This document shows positions 7,856-17,853 of a stretch of 64,000 nucleotides of DNA, piece after piece. The notes under the pieces are model-generated. The model saw nothing but the letters and a program-made list of their open reading frames with translations. It did no database searches and was not told where the DNA came from. The stretch comes from an uncultured Pelagibacteraceae bacterium (lineage in GTDB: Bacteria; Pseudomonadota; Alphaproteobacteria; Pelagibacterales; Pelagibacteraceae): the NCBI GenBank assembly GCA_902543575.1, contig CACBYV010000004.1:47558-111557 (forward strand), given 5' to 3'. The position numbers were made by a program, and so were the translations under genes. Position 1 is the first letter of the stretch, and every line of letters starts with the position of its first letter.

Positions 7856-9604
7856 CTACTCCATAGAGAGAACTCTATCATACTCTCTAAAATTAAGATC
7901 ACCTGTTAGAATTAATTCTCTTCCCATATCTTGCATTGTCCTAAACCCTTCATTTGAAGCAATTTCTTTAAGCTCAGGGGTTGTTGCTTTTCTTAGGATT
8001 GCCTCTTTAATTGGTTTTGTAACATTTAAAATTTCATAAATACCCATTCTACCTTTATAGCCAGTATCTTTACATTTAGGACAGCCACTACCCTTTTGAA
8101 CTTTTGCCCTTGAAGCCTGTTCAACTGTAAATCCCAAATCAGCTAAAGCCTTAGGTGTTATGTCTTCATCTGGCACTCTACACTCTGAGCAGGTTTTTCT
8201 TGCTAATCTTTGTGCCAAAACAAGTGAAACGGCTGCACTAATCAAATAATCGGGTGTTCCCATGTTTTGTAACCTTGTAATGGTACTTGGTGCATCATTA
8301 GTGTGAAGTGTGCTAAATACCAAGTGACCTGTTAAGGCTGCTTTCAATCCAATATCAACTGTTTCTTTATCCCTCATCTCACCAACTAGAATTATTTCTG
8401 GGTCTTGTCTTAAAAAAGATCTCAGGGCAGTAGAAAAGTTAAAACCAATATCATCTTTAATTTGAACTTGTCCAACACCATCCAATTCATATTCGACAGG
8501 ATCTTCCGCAGTTAAAATATTTAGGTGAGGTTTAGAAACTTCTTTTAGAATACTATAAAGTGTTGTTGTTTTACCTGATCCAGTAGGACCTGTTACAAGA
8601 ACCAAACCTTGTGTTCCATGAATTGCTTTTCTTAAATTTTTTAGATCCGTTTCTTCAAAATTTAGTTGCTCTAAACTAATATCTCCAGCATCTTTATTAA
8701 GAACCCTCATTACTATTCTTTCATTAGTTGCTGTTGGTAAAATCGAAAGACGAAGATCAACTACTTTGCCATCAATTTTAAAAGGTATTGCTCCATCCTG
8801 AGGCAATCTTCTCTCAGCAATATCTAGCTTACCCATAATTTTAAATCTTGTAACTACAGCGCCATAATTTGAATGAAGAAATTTTTTGAAATGTTCTTGT
8901 TCTTGTAGAATTCCATCAAGTCTATATCTAACTCTTGAAGTAAATCTATATGGTTCAATATGAATATCAGATACTCCTGATTTAATTGCTTCTGCTACTA
9001 CAGCTGTACTAAATTTTATAACCTCAGATTCATTTTCAATAGCTTCAATATCTTCCTCAGGTGGTTTTTCTAAAACTTCAGCCTGTTCATCAACATCGTA
9101 GTCAAAAGTTTTTGTTTTTTCTGCATTTGTTTGTCTGATGTCAGATATAGTTCTTTCACCATCAGCTAAAAGTTTATCAACGAAACTGGAAATATCTGAA
9201 ACTTTAGCTGCATGAAGCTCAATATCCATTTTTGTTATAGTTCTCAAATTCCTCATCAAACTTAATTTGGAAATATCTGAGATTGCTATATGCAAAACTT
9301 TGCCTTCAATTTTAAAAGGCGCAATAAAATTCATATTAATATAATTAGAAGGAAGTACTGCTTTTAGCTCATCAGTTACCTCAACTTTTGATAAATCAAT
9401 CACATCTAAAGATTGATCTTTAACGAGAAGATCTAAAATCTTTTCTTCATCGGTCAAGTTTAGTTCGAAGACAGCATCTAACTGAGATTTTTCACCATCC
9501 CCTGATATCTTTTTAATCTCAGCTAAATCTTTTCCAGAAATAATATCTTGGTCAATTAAGATATTAATCAAGTTTATTTCAGATTCTCTACTTATATTAA
9601 TCAT
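7856..9604 (-). CDS. pilB: type IV pilus extension ATPase PilB (GspE family)
   Basis: 582 aa. N-terminal T2SSE_N-like domain, Walker A GPTGSGKTT, Walker B ILVGEMRD, His box LVFSTLHTND, tetracysteine CSEC...CPKC. Confidence 0.92.
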   Translation of the reverse strand: MINISRESEINLINILIDQDIISGKDLAEIKKISGDGEKSQLDAVFELNLTDEEKILDLLVKDQSLDVIDLSKVEVTDELKAVLPSNYINMNFIAPFKIEGKVLHIAISDISKLSLMRNLRTITKMDIELHAAKVSDISSFVDKLLADGERTISDIRQTNAEKTKTFDYDVDEQAEVLEKPPEEDIEAIENESEVIKFSTAVVAEAIKSGVSDIHIEPYRFTSRVRYRLDGILQEQEHFKKFLHSNYGAVVTRFKIMGKLDIAERRLPQDGAIPFKIDGKVVDLRLSILPTATNERIVMRVLNKDAGDISLEQLNFEETDLKNLRKAIHGTQGLVLVTGPTGSGKTTTLYSILKEVSKPHLNILTAEDPVEYELDGVGQVQIKDDIGFNFSTALRSFLRQDPEIILVGEMRDKETVDIGLKAALTGHLVFSTLHTNDAPSTITRLQNMGTPDYLISAAVSLVLAQRLARKTCSECRVPDEDITPKALADLGFTVEQASRAKVQKGSGCPKCKDTGYKGRMGIYEILNVTKPIKEAILRKATTPELKEIASNEGFRTMQDMGRELILTGDLNFREYDRVLSME

Positions 9605-11154
9605 TATAAAATTCTTGGTGCAATAAATACTAAAAGCTCATCTAGATTATCAGAGTTTGCTTTGCCTTTAAAGAGATTGCCTATCACAGGCATATTTCCT
9701 ATTGCAGGAACTTGATTTTTGTTATTTGCAATCACATTTTTCTTAATACCACCAATTACAACTATATCTCCATCTGCAACTAGTAATTTAGTTACAATTT
9801 CCATTTTATTAATCGGAGGTTCGTCAGATGAAGCTGTTCTATTTGGTGTATCGTTATTCACTTGAATAGTGAGTAGAACATTTCCATCACCAATGATACT
9901 CGGAGTTACTTCTAATTTTAAAGCCGCTTCTTTAAAAGAAGTTGATGTAGTCCCGTCAGATGTAGTTTGGTAAGGGATTTCCTCACCTTGAGTAACTGTT
10001 GCAACTTGATTATCTAAAGTAAATACCTTTGGATTTGAAATTGTTTTACCCATACCCATGCTTTCTAGTGCAGTAATCTCTGCTTTTAAAACTCCAGAGC
10101 CTGTTCTTCTTAAAATACCTATTCCACTTGTTGCTCCAGTTACTGGGAAATTAGACAATGTATCTGAAACACTACCTAATCCAGCACCATCTCCAGGAAC
10201 AGTTCCAAGCTCACTTCCTGAACTTGTACCCGCAACACCTCCTGCAATATTTCCAGCTCTATTATAATATCCACCAAGTCTAGCACCTAAAGCTCTTTCA
10301 AAATCTGAATTTGCTTCTACTATAAAAGCTTCAATTAAAACTTGTTTTGTTCTTATATCAATTTCTTTAATAACTTTATCAACAACATCTAAGTCTTTTT
10401 CCTTACCTCTTACTATAATTGATCTTGTAGTTACCTCTTCTGTTATTTGTATTGGCGTGTAAGAACTTTCTCCTGTAGTGGATGTAAATAATTCTTCAAT
10501 TGTAGATTTTGCTTGCTTCGGTGTTATATAATATAGTCTAAATATCTCTGAATATATTGGTTCAACACTGTCTTCTAATTCAACTTTCTTTTTTACAGCT
10601 TGTGCCCTTTCAGATTTATAAGTTTCTTGAGCGGTTAAAGTTTCTGGTGAGTGTACTCTTATTAAATTACTTGCAACATCCACATCAGATGCATAATTTT
10701 TCATATCTAACAAAGCCTGAAAGGCTTTATCCCATGGTACATCAATTAATTCTGCTGATATAGCCCCAGCTACTTCATCTCCAACTAAAACATTAATCTC
10801 TCCAATTTTACCCATTAATTTCATAGTTTCTTTATAATCTAAGTTCTTAAATTTAAGTGTTACTCTTTGTTTTAATAATGGGTAGTCGTCTGGAATAATT
10901 AAATAATTTCTTTGAGCTTCAGAAGATATTTTTTTTCTTTTGCCTAATTTTTTTCCATCTCCTTCAATTGGTTTAGGTCCCATTTCAAGAGTTTTTGATA
11001 TTTCTGATTGTCCTGATTTTACAACATCTTTATTTTTTATAAGAGGAACATTGTGTTTAAAAGGCTTGTCATATTTTTTCATATTTTGACATGCGTTAAG
11101 CACAAACAAAAATAAAACTAAACCAATATATGTAGATATTTTTTTAATAATCAT
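9604..11154 (-). CDS. pilQ: type IV pilus secretin PilQ (short form)
   Basis: 516 aa. Signal peptide ending VLNAC. Secretin core VLIEAFIVEA ... VPAIGNMPVIGNLFKG ... ELLVFIAPRIL. Confidence 0.88.
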   Translation of the reverse strand: MIIKKISTYIGLVLFLFVLNACQNMKKYDKPFKHNVPLIKNKDVVKSGQSEISKTLEMGPKPIEGDGKKLGKRKKISSEAQRNYLIIPDDYPLLKQRVTLKFKNLDYKETMKLMGKIGEINVLVGDEVAGAISAELIDVPWDKAFQALLDMKNYASDVDVASNLIRVHSPETLTAQETYKSERAQAVKKKVELEDSVEPIYSEIFRLYYITPKQAKSTIEELFTSTTGESSYTPIQITEEVTTRSIIVRGKEKDLDVVDKVIKEIDIRTKQVLIEAFIVEANSDFERALGARLGGYYNRAGNIAGGVAGTSSGSELGTVPGDGAGLGSVSDTLSNFPVTGATSGIGILRRTGSGVLKAEITALESMGMGKTISNPKVFTLDNQVATVTQGEEIPYQTTSDGTTSTSFKEAALKLEVTPSIIGDGNVLLTIQVNNDTPNRTASSDEPPINKMEIVTKLLVADGDIVVIGGIKKNVIANNKNQVPAIGNMPVIGNLFKGKANSDNLDELLVFIAPRIL

Positions 11155-11593
11155 CTGCCTCTCTTAATTGATTATTAAAATCAATAATCATATATTTACC
11201 ATCATCTTTTTTAAAGATAGCTTCTGTTAATCTTAAATCAACTAATTGAATTGGCCCTAAATATTGTCCAAGTGTAAGAGTTAAAACTTCTCCTCCAGAA
11301 TTAACTAATGAAATATAACTATGATCTTTACCTGAAATCAAACCTACTAATTTAAAATTATATAAGCTCAATTCATTTTCTTGCTCTTCTTCTGGTATAT
11401 TTCCTGACATCGAGCTAGTTCCTTCATTGCCAGCAAATGGATCATTTAAAGGAACTTCGTCTTCTTCTTGTAATTCTTTAGCGATTTCTTTTGCAGCGTC
11501 TAACACTTCTTGTTTTTGATCATGATTATCTGCAAAAGAAGTTTTCGATATTAAAAGAAATATTAATATGAATAATATTTTAGAAAAATTCAT
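11144..11593 (-). CDS. pilP: PilP-like pilus assembly protein
   Basis: 149 aa. Cleavable signal peptide (SKTSFA|DN), acidic linker, small C-terminal beta domain. Called mainly from its position between pilO and pilQ, with overlaps on both sides. Confidence 0.5.
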   Translation of the reverse strand: MNFSKILFILIFLLISKTSFADNHDQKQEVLDAAKEIAKELQEEDEVPLNDPFAGNEGTSSMSGNIPEEEQENELSLYNFKLVGLISGKDHSYISLVNSGGEVLTLTLGQYLGPIQLVDLRLTEAIFKKDDGKYMIIDFNNQLREADDY

Positions 11594-12218
11594 TTGGTAA
11601 ACCTACAATTGTTAATTCTCCAGTTGCAACTATCGCTCCAGTTGAATCGTTTTGTACTACACTTATAGTCTCTTTGTCAAAATTTAACATTTTATTCTGT
11701 CTAGACACTGCTCTTTTAAACTTAATGTAACCTAAGAAATTTCCCTTAATTTCATAATCTACTGGAATTTTGTAGTACGAGACCATTTCTTTTGTCAGAT
11801 TATTTTCTGCTTGATCTGTGACCCCGCCTTTTAAGACTGGTTTTGGTTTTTTCTTTTCAATTTTAGAAATCACAAGACCATTTACTGCAGCGTATTTACT
11901 AAGGCTCTGATATAGATCTTCAACTTCAGCTTTTGAATGAAATAAAGTTGATGTTTTTTCAAAGTCAGGTTTCATTTTTTTAATTCTTGCTTTGAAAGTA
12001 ATTATCTCATTTTCAAATTGTGCAATTTCATTTTGCTTTAAAATTTTATCATTATATTTTGCTTTTCTTTCTTTAACCATCGGATTTAAAATGATGTAAT
12101 AAATAATTAAAAATAATATGATTGCTCCAAAACCAGAGCCGAATTTAATTAAAGTTTTCTTTTCAACAGAAGCTAGCTTCTGTTTTAAATCATCCATTGT
12201 AATATTTTTTAAATCCAT
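11580..12218 (-). CDS. pilO: PilO-like pilus assembly protein
   Basis: Single N-terminal TM (FGAIILFLIIYYIIL), coiled coil, C-terminal domain. I prefer the ATG at 12218, which forms a TAATG overlap with the pilMN stop. The ORF track extends to a TTG at 12239. Confidence 0.6.
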   Translation of the reverse strand: MDLKNITMDDLKQKLASVEKKTLIKFGSGFGAIILFLIIYYIILNPMVKERKAKYNDKILKQNEIAQFENEIITFKARIKKMKPDFEKTSTLFHSKAEVEDLYQSLSKYAAVNGLVISKIEKKKPKPVLKGGVTDQAENNLTKEMVSYYKIPVDYEIKGNFLGYIKFKRAVSRQNKMLNFDKETISVVQNDSTGAIVATGELTIVGLPNEFF

Positions 12219-13936
12219 TAAACGCTCTCCAATACACAAGCTATTTTAAAGCCCTTCATAGTTTGCGAATTTTGCTGTTCATTAGGTAATGTCATGCTCG
12301 CTAAAGATGCTTGCGATATAAGCTTCTTATTATTTAAATTACTAATGAGTTTTAAAATGTCTTGATCGCTAAATGCTGATCCTTCGATTATAACTAGGTC
12401 TGCCCCATTATATTCTATAGACTTAAACTTAACTCTTTTAGGTACTGCTGATGCAATTTGAGCCAAAACTCTGAAACTTACAGTTTTATTTGACTTAATT
12501 GATTTGCTAAGTTGCAAAGATTTTAAAATAATTCCAATTTCTTTAGCATACTTATTTTTCTCTAAAGTTTTTAATTCATGAGTTTGGACAATTTCATCGT
12601 AATCGACAATTTTTTTATTTAAATCAGTTATTTGCCAAAAAGCGAAACCAAAAAGTACAATGTATATAACTGCAACAATTCCAACAACTCCTTTGAAAGC
12701 AAAATTTGAAAAAGCTTTTGCCTTTTTTTGCGCAATCATATTTTCTCTATTAGGTAATAAGTTTATATTCTTAACTGCGGTTACAAATTTATAGTATCCA
12801 AATACATCAAGTTTTCTAAATGCCAATCCCATCACAGTTGAAAAATATGAACGATTGTCAATTTTTACATCGTTTTCTAATTGAGCAGGAATTTTAATTC
12901 CTTCAAATGGATCAAATAAATTATATCCTGTATTGACCATATTTTTTCTAAAGCTGCCTAAATAGTCTTCTACATTTTGCAAATTAGATACTACTTTTAA
13001 GTTTCTAATCCTTTTTTCATATTTCTGTTCAAAATCCTGCACAGCTTGTTTAACTTGAGTCATGTATCTTCTTACTAAAGCGTCCATTTCCTCTTGGTTA
13101 TTACTTTCTTGGAGTGTTTTTCTATCCTGTGATCTTATAAAAATATCCGTTATGATTGGATTGTTCTCATATAGTATCATTACATAATTCTCATCTAGAC
13201 CAAATTCCAAAACTGCTGTTAAATTAGAATCTTCAATGGATCCTGCAATTTGATTAATTTGATCTACTGCAGATTTTAGTGCAAAACATTTAACATCAAT
13301 AATTACTGCATTAAGCCCACCTTTTTTAATAATATCTGTGTAGCTATTTATGTCTGATAGCTTTGAAGCTACAAATAAAATATCCATAGTATTTCCAGTT
13401 TTGTCTCTATTAATTACTTGATGAAAAATTGAATAATCATTTAAATTATCAGTTAACTGAACTAAATTTTCCCATAGTGAGTCTGTATCTATTGCTTTTT
13501 TTAATTCTTCATCAGTCATTAAAGGTGCGGTAACTACTCTTATAATTGCACTAGTGACTGGAATTGCTATTGCAGCATTTGTTGTTGTAATTTTCGATTT
13601 TTGTAAGGCTAATTTTAATTCATCAGCGACTTTATCTGGATTTTCTAAAACTGTTCCATTTTCAGGTAAGCCTTCAAATTTATGTACATAAAATCTATCT
13701 AATACCCATTGATTAGCCTTGTTACTTGAAACTTGTGATAATCTTATTTCATTAGATGTTAATTCAACACCTAAAATCTCTTCTCCTTTTATAGCTTGCT
13801 TGCCTAGCCTCTTTTTTAAAAATTTATCAAAAAATCCCTCTTTCTTCTTTTTGCCATCAGCTGCCTGAGGAACTGGAGGTGTATTGCCCTGTTCCTTACT
13901 TTTCTTTTTGAATAGGTTTGCAAAAGGATTTTTCAT
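12218..13936 (-). CDS. pilM: PilM-PilN fusion protein
   Basis: 572 aa. Actin-like PilM region starts at about aa 53 (ILGVELTSNEIRL). The PilN signature INLLP (aa 391-395, nt 12766-12752) is followed by the TM helix GVVGIVAVIYIVLFGFAFW and a PilN-like periplasmic part. Confidence 0.8.
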   Translation of the reverse strand: MKNPFANLFKKKSKEQGNTPPVPQAADGKKKKEGFFDKFLKKRLGKQAIKGEEILGVELTSNEIRLSQVSSNKANQWVLDRFYVHKFEGLPENGTVLENPDKVADELKLALQKSKITTTNAAIAIPVTSAIIRVVTAPLMTDEELKKAIDTDSLWENLVQLTDNLNDYSIFHQVINRDKTGNTMDILFVASKLSDINSYTDIIKKGGLNAVIIDVKCFALKSAVDQINQIAGSIEDSNLTAVLEFGLDENYVMILYENNPIITDIFIRSQDRKTLQESNNQEEMDALVRRYMTQVKQAVQDFEQKYEKRIRNLKVVSNLQNVEDYLGSFRKNMVNTGYNLFDPFEGIKIPAQLENDVKIDNRSYFSTVMGLAFRKLDVFGYYKFVTAVKNINLLPNRENMIAQKKAKAFSNFAFKGVVGIVAVIYIVLFGFAFWQITDLNKKIVDYDEIVQTHELKTLEKNKYAKEIGIILKSLQLSKSIKSNKTVSFRVLAQIASAVPKRVKFKSIEYNGADLVIIEGSAFSDQDILKLISNLNNKKLISQASLASMTLPNEQQNSQTMKGFKIACVLESV

Positions 13937-14061
13937 AATTTTTTTTCTAGATTTTAACTATATACTCAACTTTTACTAGAATAAAAACTTAGTTATCCAG
14001 TTTGGGGCATTTAGTAAAATTAATTGATAAATTATGTATAATTTATAGTAAATATATAAAT

Positions 14062-15078
14062 ATGTTTGAAAAGTTAGAAGAGCTTGCAAAAAATAATAAA
14101 AAAATATCTGATTTCCACATTAGATCGGGCTCCCCATTAGCCTATAGGCAAACAGGTGAAATTATAAAAGTCGAAGAAGTTAAGGTAACAGCTCAAGATT
14201 TAAAAGATTTATTGTCTATGAATTGTAATGAGCATGAGCTTAATAAGTTTGATAAAACACATGAACTTGATACCTCGGTTACATTAAGTGGACTAAGATT
14301 TAGGGCAAATTTTTATAAAACTATAAATGGGCCTGCATGCGTTTGTAGAAGAGTAGAAAGTAAAATTCCTGATATGGATCAGTTTAACTTACCACAATCT
14401 TTATATGATATTGTAGATTTTCATAAAGGCTTGGTTTTGGTCACAGGCCCAACTGGATCTGGAAAATCCACTACACTTGCAGCAATTGTAAATGAAATTA
14501 ATAAAACACGAACAGCAAATATTATAACTGTCGAGGATCCAGTAGAATTTATTCATAAAGATATTAAAAGTATTATTTCACATCGAGAAGTTGGAAAACA
14601 AACTGAAACTTTTGCTGCTGCATTGAAAGCTGCTTTAAGAGAAGATCCCGATGTAATTTTAGTTGGAGAAATGCGAGACCTTGAAACTATAAGTTTAGCA
14701 TTAACTGCTGCTGAAACAGGTCACTTAGTTTTTGGAACATTACACACTAGTGGAGCTCCAAGCACTATAAACAGAATAATTGATGTATTTCCACCTGAGC
14801 AACAAGAACAGATTAGAGCACAAATTTCTACATCTTTAAAAATGGTTGTTACTCAAAGATTACTTAAAACAAGAGATGGGATGGGTAGAGTTGGCGCATT
14901 TGAAATAATGAAATGCACAGCCCCAATTCAAAACTTAATAAGAGAAGCAAAAATTCACCAAATTCCAAGTATTATGCAAACAGCTGTTAGAGAAGGAATG
15001 ATTACTATGGAAAAATCTCTTGAAGAATTAGCAAAATCTGGGAAGATAGATCCCGGTGCAGCAAGATCAGAACATTAA
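14062..15078 (+). CDS. pilT: twitching-motility retraction ATPase PilT
   Basis: Walker A GPTGSGKST, ILVGEMRD, LVFGTLHTSGA, PilT-specific PIQNLIREAKIHQI. ATG at 14062 preferred; the ORF track begins at a TTG at 14002. Confidence 0.92.
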   Translation: MFEKLEELAKNNKKISDFHIRSGSPLAYRQTGEIIKVEEVKVTAQDLKDLLSMNCNEHELNKFDKTHELDTSVTLSGLRFRANFYKTINGPACVCRRVESKIPDMDQFNLPQSLYDIVDFHKGLVLVTGPTGSGKSTTLAAIVNEINKTRTANIITVEDPVEFIHKDIKSIISHREVGKQTETFAAALKAALREDPDVILVGEMRDLETISLALTAAETGHLVFGTLHTSGAPSTINRIIDVFPPEQQEQIRAQISTSLKMVVTQRLLKTRDGMGRVGAFEIMKCTAPIQNLIREAKIHQIPSIMQTAVREGMITMEKSLEELAKSGKIDPGAARSEH

Positions 15079-15706
15079 AGGTTTTACTATTTTAGAATTG
15101 CTAGTTGTTATAACAATTGTAGCAATTGTATCAGCTATTGGTTATCCAAATTTTATGAAGTGGAGAGAAGATAGAGAGATACGTGCTGCAATGGAGTCAG
15201 CAGCAACAATGTTATCTTCAATTAATAATTTATCACAAAGAGGCAATTTCCCTTTTGTTCAATTAAAAATTACACCTAATGGAACAACTAATACAACAAT
15301 AACAAGTAAAGGTATGAATGTTAAAACTTTATCTACAAGATTAAATAGTGGGAGTGTAATTGACTGCAATTTAACAAATAGTGGTTATTGGGATAATCAT
15401 TTGGTAGATAAAACCACAAAAGATGTATCAACACATATTAATGCTGAGGGCTCAGTTTGTTTTTCGCAGGATGGCACTCATTACAAAACTTTAGGTAAAT
15501 TAAATTCAAATGTAAATGTTACTGTAGAAGGTAGGATTACTAATCAATATTTAATCATTTGTTCAACATCTAATGCATCAGGCAGTGGCAAATGTCCCAC
15601 CAATCAGGCAGACGGTTTGAAACAACCCGCATATTTGGTAGAGTGGACAAGATTTGGTAACATAAGCAAATTTAAATGGAGTGGTAGTGGTTGGAATAGA
15701 CAATAA
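15056..15706 (+). CDS. minor pilin, FimT/GspH-like
   Basis: 216 aa. GTG start, prepilin leader MQQDQNIKG|FTILELLVVITIVAIV with Glu+5. First of four consecutive prepilin-like genes after pilT. Confidence 0.7.
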   Translation: MQQDQNIKGFTILELLVVITIVAIVSAIGYPNFMKWREDREIRAAMESAATMLSSINNLSQRGNFPFVQLKITPNGTTNTTITSKGMNVKTLSTRLNSGSVIDCNLTNSGYWDNHLVDKTTKDVSTHINAEGSVCFSQDGTHYKTLGKLNSNVNVTVEGRITNQYLIICSTSNASGSGKCPTNQADGLKQPAYLVEWTRFGNISKFKWSGSGWNRQ

Positions 15707-16277
15707 AATTAAAAAATGCGAAAAGGGAATGACATTGCTTGAGGCACTTGTCTCAACTGCAATAATAGGAATTGGTTTTGTTGCTGTTTTTCAAATGGTA
15801 AACTATTCAGTCCAATCTATAGATGTGTCTGGTGAAAGAACAAAAGCTAATTATTTAGTTTCAATGGTAGCAGAGGATCTTATTTCAGAAAAAGAGTCTA
15901 ATTCTCCGACAAAAGACGTCAAATTCATGGATTACTTATTAAGTAATAAGACTAGCTCAAATTCATCATGGAGAATGGGATCATGTTCATCGGGATCGAG
16001 TACCACAGGAAATTTTACTAATGCTGCTCAAAATAAATTTAAAAAGTGGGATGATCGTTTCTCGACGCGGAGAATTAAATGTAAAGGAGCACAAGATATA
16101 AAATATCTAAAAGTTTTTGATATTTGCAACAATAATGCCAGTGGGAATAATTGCACTTACAATAATACAAGAAATTATAACGGCACAGGAATATATGAAA
16201 AATGGATTGTTGGAAAAATGGAGGTCAATCTTAATAGTGGTAAAAAGAAAAAGTTTTTATATTTCCAGATTGATTAA
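15681..16277 (+). CDS. pilV: minor pilin, PilV-like
   Basis: 198 aa. Leader ...KKCEKG|MTLLEALVSTAIIGIGFVAV with Glu+5. Exact start uncertain (GTG at 15681). Confidence 0.6.
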   Translation: MVVVGIDNKIKKCEKGMTLLEALVSTAIIGIGFVAVFQMVNYSVQSIDVSGERTKANYLVSMVAEDLISEKESNSPTKDVKFMDYLLSNKTSSNSSWRMGSCSSGSSTTGNFTNAAQNKFKKWDDRFSTRRIKCKGAQDIKYLKVFDICNNNASGNNCTYNNTRNYNGTGIYEKWIVGKMEVNLNSGKKKKFLYFQID

Positions 16278-17116
16278 TGAAAAAAAAATTATCTAATATT
16301 GCTGGTGTTACATTAATTGAAATTCTTATTGGGATATTGATTTCAGTAATAATGATGGGAGCAATGTTCACATCTTATACTGTAGTAAACAACACGTACT
16401 CTCAAGTTACTGATCGAGCAAAAATTTCAACTGCTGGAAGAGACGTTGTTGGAATGATTATGAGAGATGTTAGAAACGCTGGTTTTAAATATTTTGGAGA
16501 TAATATTAAAACAACTAATGCTCATGCTCCAATTCTCATTACCAAAAGCTCAAATTTCAATACAAGCTGTGATAAAATAGATATTGTCTATGGTGGTGTG
16601 AATTATAATGCCACTAGAAATCCTAAATATCAGTATGAAAGATTTAAAGTAACTTACGAATGTAAAGCTTCAACAATTCCAGATAAAACTTCACCTAAAC
16701 TAAGTGGTGGCGGTTATCCACCAATAAAAGCTTTTGCAATTTATAAAACTAAAGTTAAATGGAATAACACCTCGAATAGTTGGGATAATCCATCAACTGA
16801 TGGAAATGATGCAACTTATCCATCACAGTTGATAGTAGATTATATAGTTGATTTAATATTTAATCCAATTGATGAAACTGGGGTTTTAATAAGCCCTCCT
16901 CCAACTCCCACAAATTCCAACAAAGATAAATTATATAAAATTAAAACTATTGATATCGCAATGACAGTAAGATCAACGAAAGATTTTTTTAGAACATCTA
17001 AAGTTAGAAAAGTATTAGCGATGATTGATAAAAAAAGAGACAAATCAAAAACCGATAAATATTTAAGAGATACTATTGTAGTAACGGCTCATGCTAGAAA
17101 TTTAGGATTAGAATAA
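16277..17116 (+). CDS. pilW: minor pilin, PilW-like
   Basis: 279 aa. Leader MKKKLSNIAG|VTLIEILIGILISVIMM with Glu+5. ATGA-type overlap with the previous gene. Confidence 0.6.
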   Translation: MKKKLSNIAGVTLIEILIGILISVIMMGAMFTSYTVVNNTYSQVTDRAKISTAGRDVVGMIMRDVRNAGFKYFGDNIKTTNAHAPILITKSSNFNTSCDKIDIVYGGVNYNATRNPKYQYERFKVTYECKASTIPDKTSPKLSGGGYPPIKAFAIYKTKVKWNNTSNSWDNPSTDGNDATYPSQLIVDYIVDLIFNPIDETGVLISPPPTPTNSNKDKLYKIKTIDIAMTVRSTKDFFRTSKVRKVLAMIDKKRDKSKTDKYLRDTIVVTAHARNLGLE

Positions 17117-17790
17117 TGAAAAAAAACGAACAAGGATTTGCATTAGTATTATCATTAGTTTTGATGTTAGCAATGTCGTTAATGGGTGGGGCTTTAATTG
17201 TTATTTCAGCAGGAGATCACCGTAGCAATAATAAGAGTGATGAATACCAGCAAACTTTCTATGTCGCAGAAACAGCTTTGATTGAGGGTGAAAAATATGT
17301 TCTTAATAAATTTTTAGGACCTTGGAATACATCTAACCATAAAAGAGATACTTCAAAAAGAGCTTTGCCAGCAAATCAAACTTCTGTTTGGAACGGCGCA
17401 ATGACAAAAAAAAATTATACAACAAGTGACAGCTTCTATTTTAATACTAGTACAAATTGTTATCAAAGTTTCTCAGAAATAGACAAAAGTACTCTTAAAG
17501 TTGTTGCATCCGAAAGTTGGAATTTTGGAAAAGTCTTAAGAGATAGTTTTAATACTAATGCATCAAACCAGGAAAAAACTGAAGCTGAGAGATTGCAGTC
17601 TTATTATTACGAGTTTTTTATATCGAGAATTGGAGCCGCACCTTTTAGAGGATACGGATCAAGCGTTAAAAAAGGCGCTACAGACAAAGGAAACGATGGA
17701 ATGGCCTATAGAGTTTATGGTTGTGGTATAAAAAAAGATGATGACAGAATGATTGTGGCACTAGAGAGCACTATTGTTCTTCCAAAATAA
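17116..17790 (+). CDS. pilX: minor pilin-like protein, PilX-like
   Basis: 224 aa. N-terminus MKKNEQG|FALVLSLVLMLAMSLMGGALIV, lacking Glu+5 as is typical of PilX_N. Position precedes pilY1. Confidence 0.55.
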   Translation: MKKNEQGFALVLSLVLMLAMSLMGGALIVISAGDHRSNNKSDEYQQTFYVAETALIEGEKYVLNKFLGPWNTSNHKRDTSKRALPANQTSVWNGAMTKKNYTTSDSFYFNTSTNCYQSFSEIDKSTLKVVASESWNFGKVLRDSFNTNASNQEKTEAERLQSYYYEFFISRIGAAPFRGYGSSVKKGATDKGNDGMAYRVYGCGIKKDDDRMIVALESTIVLPK

Positions 17791-17853
17791 TTTATAATAA
17801 TAAATTAATTTTGAGACAAAAATAAAGGTATAATGTATTAATTATAACTAATT

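Noticed and set aside
6611-13936. Interpreting the GspE/GspF/secretin operon as a type II secretion system or competence pseudopilus
   Set aside because: A PilT retraction ATPase with the PilT-specific motif, PilM/N/O/P-type alignment genes, PilY1, and PilV/W/X-like minor pilins point to a type IVa pilus. No GspC/L/M-like genes were seen.
14037-14042. Perfect TATAAT hexamer 20 nt upstream of the pilT ATG (similar hexamers at 29661-29666 and 17830-17835) as promoters
   Set aside because: TATAAT occurs frequently by chance at this base composition and no convincing -35 element lies at proper spacing. It is not reported as a feature.
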